A stretch of 64,000 bases of DNA, taken from the NCBI GenBank assembly GCA_028870995.1, contig JAGWOI010000003.1:39955-103954 (forward strand). Reading direction: 5' to 3'. The position numbers and the translations under genes were made by a program. The stretch's first letter is position 1; each line of letters starts with the position of its first letter. Shown one piece after another: positions 19,101 through 28,900 of this stretch. The notes under the pieces are model-generated. The model was not told the DNA's origin. It ran no database searches and saw nothing but the letters and a program-made list of their open reading frames with translations. The stretch comes from Candidatus Omnitrophota bacterium. GTDB taxonomy: Bacteria; Omnitrophota; Gorgyraeia; Zapsychrales; Fredricksoniimonadaceae.

Positions 19101-20721
19101 GTCGCAGGAGATCGCTTTTACCCGTCACACGACGCCGGGCGTCCAGCTGATTTCTCCGCCGCCGCATCATGACATTTATTCCATTGAGGATTTGGCGCAG
19201 CTGATCCATGATTTGAAGAACGCCAACCCAAAGGCCATGGTTTCAGTCAAGCTCGTTTCTGAAATCGGCGTAGGGACGGTGGCCGCCGGCGTTTCCAAGG
19301 GCAAATCCGATCATGTGCTCATCTCCGGTTACGAAGGCGGAACCGGCGCCTCACCGCAGACGTCCATCAAGCATGCCGGCCTGCCCATGGAATTGGGCAT
19401 TGCCGAGACCCAGCAGGTGCTGGTCATGAACGACCTGCGCGGCCGCATCCGCGTGCAGGCCGACGGGCAGTTGAAGACCGGCAGGGACGTGGCGATCGCC
19501 GCCATGCTCGGTGCAGATGAATTTGGGTTCTCCACCACGGCGTTGGTCACGGTGGGCTGCATTTTACTGCGCAAGTGCCATTTGAACACTTGTTCGGTGG
19601 GCGTGGCCACCCAGGACCCGGAACTGCGCAAGAAATTCGACGGGAAGCCGGAGTATGTGGTCAATTTCTTTACCTTTATCGCCGAGGAAGTGCGCCAGAT
19701 CATGGCGGAACTGGGCTTTAGGAAATTTGAGGACATGGTCGGCCGCGTAGATATGCTGGATACCAAGGAGACGGTCGACCACTGGAAGGCCAAGGGTGTC
19801 GACCTGACCAATATTTTGCACCGGCCTGACGTGCCCAAGGGAGTGGCCATCCGCCATTGCGCCACCCAGGATCACGGCCTGGAGAAAGCCCTGGACAATG
19901 AATTGATCGCCAAGGCGCAGCCGGCCATCGAACAACTTAAAGCCGTAACCATTGAAAGCAAGATCCGCAATATCAACCGCACGGTGGGCACCATGCTTTC
20001 CAGCCAGGTGGCCCGCCGTTACGGGTTCGACGGCCTGCCCAATGATACGATTCAAATCCACTTCAAGGGATCGGCAGGGCAGAGCTTCGGCGCTTTTTTG
20101 GCTCACGGCATCAGCCTCACCCTGGAAGGCGAGGCCAATGATTATGTGGGCAAGGGGCTTTCCGGCGGGCGCATCGTCATTTATCCCCCGCGCGGATGCA
20201 AATATGTTCCTGAAGAGAATATGATCGCCGGCAATGTGGTGTTGTACGGTGCCATTAAAGGTGAAGCGTTCTTCAGGGGGCTGGCCGGCGAACGTTTTGC
20301 AGTGCGCAACTCGGGCGCCCTGACGGTCGTCGAAGGCGTGGGCGACCACGGCTGCGAGTATATGACCGGCGGCCGGGTGGTGGTTATAGGGCCTACGGGC
20401 CGCAATTTCGCCGCGGGCATGTCCGGCGGGATCGCCTATGTCTGGGACCGTGACAAGCTTTTCCACAAAAATTGCAATCTCGGCATGGTCGATCTTTTTC
20501 CCGTGACGGAGGAGAATGACGTCAGCTTGTTGAAAGAGATGATAGAAAAGCATTTCAAGTATACCCAGTCCACCGTGGCCCGGGGCATTTTGGATGACTG
20601 GAAAACGGCACTGGGCCAATTCGTCAAGGTTTATCCGAGGGATTACCGCCGGGTCTTGGAAGAGGCTATAAGCCTCAAGAATGGGGTCCAACCGGACATA
20701 AAGGCAGGAGCAAGCAGGTAA
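16183..20721 (+). CDS. gltB: glutamate synthase large subunit
   Basis: 1512 aa. An N-terminal Ntn amidotransferase ([25 protein letters not shown]) is followed by the FMN/3Fe-4S central domain and the GXGXG C-terminal domain. Confidence 0.95.
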   Translation: [1512 protein letters not shown]

Positions 20722-20723
20722 AC

Positions 20724-22211
20724 ATGGGCGACATCAAAGGTTTCATGAAATACGACCGACAGGATTACAAGAAGGACGAGGTGTCCCGCCGGATCAAAAG
20801 CCATAAGGAATTCACGCATCTTCCATCGGACAAGGATCTGAAGAACCAGGGTGCCCGCTGCATGGATTGCGGCGTGCCCTTCTGCCAATCCGGGTGCCCG
20901 ATCGGCAATATTATTCCTGACTGGAATGATTTGGTCTACCGCGACCACTGGCAGGAGGCCATGGAGCGGCTGGCCAAGACCAATAATTTTCCTGAATTTA
21001 CCGGACGCGTTTGTCCGGCCCCTTGCGAGAATGCCTGTGTCCTTGGTATCAACGAACCAGCGGTGACGATCAAAAATATCGAGCTGGCCATCGTTGAGCA
21101 CGCCTACACGAGCGGCTGGCTCAAACCCCAGAAACCCGCCCACCGCACGGGGATGAAGGTGGCGGTCATCGGTTCAGGCCCCGCGGGCCTGGCCTGCGCG
21201 GATGAGCTTAATAAAAATGGACATAAGGTCACGGTCTATGAAAAAAATGAAGTCCTTGGCGGACTTTTAGCCTTAGGCATACCGGATTTCAAATTGGAAA
21301 AGCAGGTGATCACCCGCCGCCTTGACCGCATGCGCGCAGAGGGTGTTGTTTTTAAGACCAATGCCCATGTCGGCGTCGATGTCAGCGTCCAGGAATTGCG
21401 GGACAAATATGATGCCCTTGTGCTGTGCGGCGGGGCCGAGGCCGGCCGTGAACTGCCGGTGCCTGGACGTGAATTGAAAGGCGTTTATCAGGCCATGTAT
21501 TATCTGCCCCAACAGAATTTGTTGAACGACAAACTGGCGACCGATCATTTTAAGGCCAGGTCCAGGGAACATATCCTGCAGGTGGCGCCGCCTTCCGGAG
21601 AAGATATCAGCGCTAAAGGCAAACGCGTGATCGTCCTGGGCGGGGGAGATACGGGATCGGATTGCGTGGGAACGTCCATCCGTCAAGGCGCCCTCAGTGT
21701 TCAGCAGCTGGAATTGCTGCCACAACCTCCGGTCAAACGCGCGGCCGAAAATCCCTGGCCGAACTGGGCGTTTGTTTTACGCACCTCCAGTTCACATGAA
21801 GAAGGGTGTACACGCGATTACAATATCCTGACCAAGCGTTTGAGCGGAGAGAACGGCCAACTGAAGAAATTGCATGCGGTGCGCCTTAATTGGAGCAAAG
21901 ACCCTGCCACAGGGCAGATGAAAATGGCTGAGATCCCCGGAACGGAATTCGAAATGGATTGCGATCTGTTGCTGTTGGCATTAGGCTTCACAGGTCCGGT
22001 TAAAAAGGGTATGATTGAGCAGTTGGGTGTGGCCCTGGATGCCCGCGGCAACGTGGCGGCCGGTGCCGACAAAATGACTTCGGTGCCGGGGGTATTCACC
22101 GCCGGGGACATGACCCGCGGCCAGTCCTTGGTCGTATGGGCCATCCATGAAGGCCGTGCTGCGGCCCAAGGGGTGCACCGGTATTTGAGCCAATTAAGCG
22201 TCAAAAAATAG
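20724..22211 (+). CDS. gltD: glutamate synthase small subunit (NADPH)
   Basis: 495 aa. Cys clusters (CMDCGVPFCQSGCPIGN…CPAPCENAC) and Rossmann motifs VAVIGSGPAGLACA and VIVLGGGDTGSDC. Confidence 0.9.
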   Translation: MGDIKGFMKYDRQDYKKDEVSRRIKSHKEFTHLPSDKDLKNQGARCMDCGVPFCQSGCPIGNIIPDWNDLVYRDHWQEAMERLAKTNNFPEFTGRVCPAPCENACVLGINEPAVTIKNIELAIVEHAYTSGWLKPQKPAHRTGMKVAVIGSGPAGLACADELNKNGHKVTVYEKNEVLGGLLALGIPDFKLEKQVITRRLDRMRAEGVVFKTNAHVGVDVSVQELRDKYDALVLCGGAEAGRELPVPGRELKGVYQAMYYLPQQNLLNDKLATDHFKARSREHILQVAPPSGEDISAKGKRVIVLGGGDTGSDCVGTSIRQGALSVQQLELLPQPPVKRAAENPWPNWAFVLRTSSSHEEGCTRDYNILTKRLSGENGQLKKLHAVRLNWSKDPATGQMKMAEIPGTEFEMDCDLLLLALGFTGPVKKGMIEQLGVALDARGNVAAGADKMTSVPGVFTAGDMTRGQSLVVWAIHEGRAAAQGVHRYLSQLSVKK

Positions 22212-22236
22212 ATACAAAATTAAAGAAAGGGATTTT

Positions 22237-22776
22237 ATGAAAAAACCCGTACTTCTCCTGATCATTTTACTGGCCCTGGCCGGTTGCCAAAAACCGCAAG
22301 AGCAGCAGCCCTCTCTGGACCAGCGCAAAGACATCGGTCATAAATTGATCGTCAAAAGCTTGCAGGATCTGCAAAACAAGGACCTTAAGGGCTCCATTGT
22401 TGATCTGGAAACCTCCATTAAGGTCAATCCTTCGGAGCCGGAGGCGTATTTGCTGTTGGGCCAGATCCTTTTGAAGGTGCAGCAATACGACCAGGCCGCA
22501 CAATTTTTGGACATGACTGCCAAGGCCTTTCCGGATAATGGGACCGTTTTTTATATGCTCAGCATCGCCAATAAAATGGCAGGCAAGAAATTGCCCGCCG
22601 TACTGGCGGCCCGCCGCAGCGTTGAGATCTTCCAGGCCCAACAGGACAGGGACAATATGCTTAAAAGCGCGGCATTGCTGCATGACCTGATCGGTATGCC
22701 GGAAAACCCGGCAGCAGCGGCTTCAGCAAAAACCGTTCCTGCATCCGAAAAATCCGGCACAGGAACCAAGGACTGA
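22237..22776 (+). CDS. TPR-like lipoprotein
   Basis: Lipobox LLALAGC↓QKP, followed by TPR-like helices (…PEAYLLLGQILLKVQQYDQAAQFLDMTAKAFPDNGTVFYMLSIAN…). Confidence 0.55.
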   Translation: MKKPVLLLIILLALAGCQKPQEQQPSLDQRKDIGHKLIVKSLQDLQNKDLKGSIVDLETSIKVNPSEPEAYLLLGQILLKVQQYDQAAQFLDMTAKAFPDNGTVFYMLSIANKMAGKKLPAVLAARRSVEIFQAQQDRDNMLKSAALLHDLIGMPENPAAAASAKTVPASEKSGTGTKD

Positions 22777-22965
22777 TAAGCGCGCATAATTTTTATAGAA
22801 TTTTTATAAAAAGCCCTTTCTGCAATTTTCATTCCGTCGGTGTTTTATTCGGAAAACGCTTTCCCATTTTCCTCATTCCCCCCTTATTTTCCTTAACTTA
22901 TATTACATACTTTAATTAAGTGGATTTACGGCAGGCCCCTTATTTAAGAAGAAAGATGACTTGGG

Positions 22966-25900
22966 ATGATAAAGGCCAATAAAACGCCCCTTGTTTGGTT
23001 GGTAATCTTGGCATTCTCGGTCAATACCTTGATCACCGGACCGGTCTTTGCCGACGTTCCTTTTTTACCTGCCCCGGGCAGGCTGGTTCCCTTAACACCT
23101 TCGTTTTCCCCACCGATCATTCTTGGCCTGAAGGTATTCAAAAACAACCCGTTCAAGTTTGAGTTTGTCATGTCCGAGGGGGACCGGGCGCCCGGCCCTG
23201 ACTCGGTGGCCCGCAGGGCCTTTCTTAAAGCTGAGGGCGACAAGCTGGTCAAATATTTTCTGGCCTCCCTGACCATTCCGCAGAAAGACATGTGGGTCAA
23301 CCTCTCACCCTATGAGCATGACCGCATCATTGCACCTGAGTTCGGTATCACCGAAATGGGCAAACAAATGCTGGCTCAGGATTATCTGCTCAAGCAGGTC
23401 ACCGCGTCCGTCATGTACCCCAACGGGGCCGTAGGCCGGGAATTTTGGGGCAAGATTTACCGGGAAGCCTATAAACGCTTTGGCACCACCAATATTCCGG
23501 TCAGCACTTTTAATAAGGTGTGGATTTTGCCGGATAAGGCCGAGGTTTACGAGAACCAGGTTGATAACACGGCAGTGATCATCAAGAGCAGTTTAAAGGT
23601 AATGCTGGAGGAGGATTATCTGGCCCTGCGCAAATCGTCCCTGCCCGGGGAAGTCCATAAAGATTCCAGCGCCGACCGGCAGCTGTCCAATGAACTTATC
23701 CGCCAGATCATCCTGCCTTTGATCGAGAAGGAAGTCAATACGGGGAAGAATTTTGCCGGCTTGCGGCAGGTCTATAATTCCCTGATCCTGGCTTTTTGGT
23801 ATAAGAACAAATTAAAAGAGAGTTTGATCAGTAAAGGATATGTCAACCGCAAGAAAATACACGGGGTGGAGGTCAAGGACAAGAACATTGATGAGGAAAT
23901 TTACCGGCAATATTTGAAATCCTATAAAAAGGGGGTTTACAATTTCATCAAGGAAGAAGTCGACCCTTCCACCCAGGAGACCATTCCGCGTAAATATTTC
24001 TCCGGCGGTATCGTCTGGGACAATCTCGGCCGCCAAATGAGCACGGTCTTTGGCAGGGATTCCGCCCAGGCGGCGTCCCTGATCTTGAAATCAGCCAAGA
24101 CCTTTGAGCTGACCGTCGGCTTGGAAGAAATCCAGCATGCTTCGAGTGGCAATCCGCTTTATTTGGACCTGAACAGCATCACCAGCTCCAAGCCCCTCTT
24201 TTCGGCCCAAGATATTACAAGGCTTAATGAGGCCATTACCGATACTCGGAATTTTTTGGAGCCGGAGCCGGTGGAAGATGCCGCCATGCTGGGCACAACC
24301 ACCCGACGCTGGGCTGCCGCGCTGGTCGGGCTCGCCCTGCTGGCTGGGGCCAATACGGTTTACGCCAAAGGGGCATACGACCCCATGCCGCAACAACCGG
24401 CTGCAACAAACGGGCTTTCAGCAACCTCTGCTCCTTCTACAGCTCCTTCAACGGCGGCCGACTTAAATCATTTATTGAGCAATACGGTTACGAATGCGGT
24501 GAATCCGTTACAAATGCCTGGACCTCAGGCGCTGACGAATACCACGGCAAACGCAAACCCGACCAACCAGATGAGTGCGAATGACCGAGATAAATTCGCC
24601 TTAGACCTTCGAAACGACCAAAACTGGACAAAGCTGCAGGATACGCTTTTATCACCGGATGCACCGTATTTTGTTATTGTAAATACATCTAAGACCAACA
24701 CGTACAGCATCATCCGTTCCTTTGATAAATGGCTGGGTGACGGTTCTGGCCATGACCCCCAATCCTATATCGATTTTGTCTATGGCAGCGGCTCGTCACC
24801 TGATAATCAACCGAATGTTACTTTTAAGATCCGCGTACCCCCACCGGCCAGTCAGGGTAAGGTCGATATTTCAACCATCGATTCCTGGACACAAATCGTC
24901 AATCCGGATCAGATCAAGCAAATCCAGTTGGACCGAAAGACGATCTATGTACAGGTCTTTTGGAAGGACAAGGATGGCCATGCCCAAAGCGGAGTCGTTT
25001 ATGCCGGCCCCAAGGCGGCGCTGACCGTCCAACATATGATGAATGATGCTCAGCTGGACAATGATTTGACACAAAAAATTTTAAAGATCACCAGCATCCC
25101 TGATTATGAAGAGCAGATCAATACCATCCTGAAAACCAGCGGGCTCCCCGAGGCAGGGACTAATGATGTTTCGAAGGAGGGGGGAATCATCGTCGGAGCC
25201 TATGTCCAAAGAGACCAATTTGGTTCCATTACTAGTGTTACCGGTTGGATACATGCCAGGGACATCGATACTCAAATCGTCAAAGGAACCGACGATAAAC
25301 CACACTTGGTCCTTTATAACAACGGCAAGGATCCGCAGATCCTCAAATACTGGCCCTATGGGCAGGACATTGATGTTTTCAGTGTACTGACGCCGGCAGA
25401 ATTAAATATGCTGCACGACCCCCAAACGGCCGATCTGGCTTTGAATAAGTATTTATACAATCTCGGCGGCAGTCCTTTGGAAAGAGGCGGTATTGTTTTC
25501 GGGAAGAATAAGTATATCAAGAAAATGATGGAAGTTGAGGCACAAAAGGCCATTGCCGAACATGACAAGCAGGCCACCAAGGAATATCTGCATTATTTGA
25601 AGGTCAGCGAAAAGGCCGATTTGTTATTTTCCGCGGCCAGCGGGGGACTCTCCGCCGTTGGGATCAATGCACCTGTGAATGCCGTAGGGGACATCTTAGT
25701 TGATATGAAATACCAGCCGGAGAAAATAGGCCAATATGTCCCAACCGCAGAAGAATTGCAGCAGTTATTCAATGAATATAATGCACAACAACCGAAGGAA
25801 GATCAGGTTGTACTGAAAAACGGCAGATTTGAAACCGTCAAAGGCTTTTATACCCAACGGGATATTGAATTACTCGATGGCTGGCTGGTCAAAAGAAATA

Positions 25901-28900
25901 AGGAGAAGACGGCTGCCTTCATTCTCCAACAGGTTTCCAGGATGGCGGTCATTGCCAGCTATTATACGCCTACGAAGACGAAATCCAGCGGTGCCTACCG
26001 ATTTCAAGTGCCTGAAAATGATGCCCTCTATCATTTCTTGGCGCAGGATGTCGGCTCCTTCCTGGGTGAGTTTAATGTGGCGGGACTTTATAATACGGTG
26101 AGCAGTCATGGGTTGCAGTACGTTTCGCTGGGGAATCTTCTTAACAAAGGTTCCTTCTTAAACAAACTTACAAGCGTTCTCGGCGTGACCATTAACGGCC
26201 AGTCCCTGATCAATGAAATCACCGGACGCAAGGTATTCGAGCTGGCTCCCTCAAAAACAAGGATTAATTTTTACGTGCTGGGTTTTCCTATTTCTCATTT
26301 TTTTGAAGAGGATTTGGTGGCCAATATCGATAAGATCCTCAATGACAGAGACTCCTATGCCTTTATCGTCAAAGACGGCCATTTCAGAAGCGTTGCGGTG
26401 GCTTTCACCAAGGATCAATTCCAGGCTTTATATAAGTCCGCCGTGCCCATTGGGAAGATCAGCAATATTTCTCCGGTTGATGGCCGTCCCATGTCCGTGC
26501 CGGTTTATGAAGTTGAGACGATCAGCCCCAGCGGTGAGCATATTCATCAGACCATGGTTTTTACGTTAAAGGCGCTTGAGCAGGCCGGGTTGGATGTCCG
26601 CCGGGATTTGGAGCGGTATGATAATTTTACCAAAATGCTGAATGAAGGCGGCGCCGTCTTCCATTACGGTTCCGACGGCGGGACCCTGTCCCAAAACATC
26701 TATACGGGATTATTCAAATCTTTCAGCCAACAAGGCATGGATGATTTTCCCAGCGCCTATACCTTTGACCAGGCAGGCGCAGATCGTTTCTTTATTGAAA
26801 TGGGGAATTTTCAGTCGGCTAAATGGAATTTGGATTTCTTTTTTGATGTCATGAAGGCGCAGCTGAAGTTGAGCGGCCAATTTCAGGGCTTAAGCAAATC
26901 ATATAATGCTTATAATGGGGCTGATGCTTCCGACCAGCCGGATATCGGGGGAACGTCCATGATGGCCCAAACCATCATGGCTTATGAAAAGTCAACCGGG
27001 GATAAGAAATACCATCTACTGCTGACAGAGTCCATCAAATGGCTCCTGAAAGTCCAGAAAGAAAATGGCGGCAAAGCCTTGCCTGACACCCCCGGCGGGC
27101 ATCTTTTTAATCCTGAACCCAATGCCATTGCTTTCGCGGCCTTGCATAATTTTGGGACTATTTATAACGACAAGGACGCTTTGCTTGCCGCCGATCAGAT
27201 CCGGCAATGGGCGGCTGGTTTGTGGGACAAAGAAAATTTTCTTATCAAATCTCCCAACGGCAATTATCCGGCGGACAACAACACGCGTTGGTTGCAGGCC
27301 CTGGGGCCTAAGGCCTTCATGGAGACCTTCCTTGATAATGATCCGGTGAAGCTGGGCAAATTCTTGCGGGCCATGGAGAAGACCTTCGGCGTTACCGTCA
27401 TCAACTATCATACCGGGCAAACGGTTCACCTGCTTGACCTGGCTGACCAGCAAAAGGCCGACGGACGCCTGACCAACGATCAGCATACACCCAATCACAG
27501 GATAGGATTCCCGGAAGTCACCGCTGAGTTTCTTCAAGGGCTCATTGACTCCCGGCCCTATTTAACGCGTGAGGATGCCGCCTTTGCGGATCAGTTGATC
27601 GCCAAGTACAGCGGGCAATTACAAGCCATGACAGACAGGAACGGGAATCTGCCTCAAGCGACCGATAAAGGCAAAGACAGCGGCTACAACGGCTTGACCA
27701 TTCTGGGCAATCACAGCCTAGCTTCCGGTGTGCAGTATCAATTCATGGTTTTGGGGCTTGATCCTCTTCATTTGGACGGTCCCCGGGGCAACGCCCTTGG
27801 GCTGAAACCTGACAAGATCGAGATCCCGCCGGTCCTGAGTTTTAACACTTTAAATCAGGGAGCCGTCATCAAGCCCGGGGAAACGAATTATTTACAAATG
27901 AGCCGGTATTTTAATCAGCTTATCATTGATGAGCATGCGCATCACAACCGCAATCTTATTTATCATGATCCTATTAACAATTTGCACTTTGTTTATATCA
28001 ATACCGCAGACCATATAGTTGATGCCAGGTTGATCCCCTCACCCAAAGAAATCCAGAAGCAGGTGGTTTTGGCCGGTGAAGATGCACAGATGACCGCTTT
28101 GAAGAGTCAGGCCCTTAACGGGCAGGGGGCTTTCCCGCATGGCGGTGTCATCTTCCAGACACCAGACGGGAAACGTTTAGGAATGCTTAGAGGCGTGGAA
28201 GGCCAGAGTGATGCTGTCGAGGATGTGCTTAGCGCCGTTGGCCAGCTCCCCGTTCAGGAGCAATCTTTCATCAATTACAAAGGTTTCAGTAATTTTATGC
28301 TTCATAATTACAAGGTTGACGGGGTCCATCAGGATGTTATGGTAACGGTTGTTTTTCCGCTTCATAAATCCATTGTACATGATGTGAAGGATGATCATAA
28401 CGTGATAACGACCAGTATTTATGAAGGCGGCCGTTTGCGTTTTATCATCAATGACAACACCACAACCGTAATGAATTATGACGACGCCACAGGAGTTGAG
28501 AGCACCACCACAAGTTATCATAATTTTGCCGGCGGCAGGGAGGCCATGGTTAAGATGTTGTCAGACTCCTCAAAGCCGCTGGCAGAGCGGCAAGCTCTAT
28601 TTAACGGCCAGCATCCCTCGAATAAAACCACGACGGTTTGGGCCGGTTACATCGATCCCACCCTGTCCATGGACCGGGTAGATCCTAACGAGGTTTGGAT
28701 CATCAAGCGATCGACCAACCTCGATACGGGACATGTGACGACCCAGGGCTATGGCTTGTTTACCCGTCCTGTCTGGGAAGCGGACCAGTTTACGGTGACG
28801 GAAAATCATTTTGACCAGTCCGGCAGCTTTACCCATGCCGAACAGTTTCAAAATACAGGCACATTGCAAACCCCTCAAAAAGGCCAAGAGCTTTTTGAGA

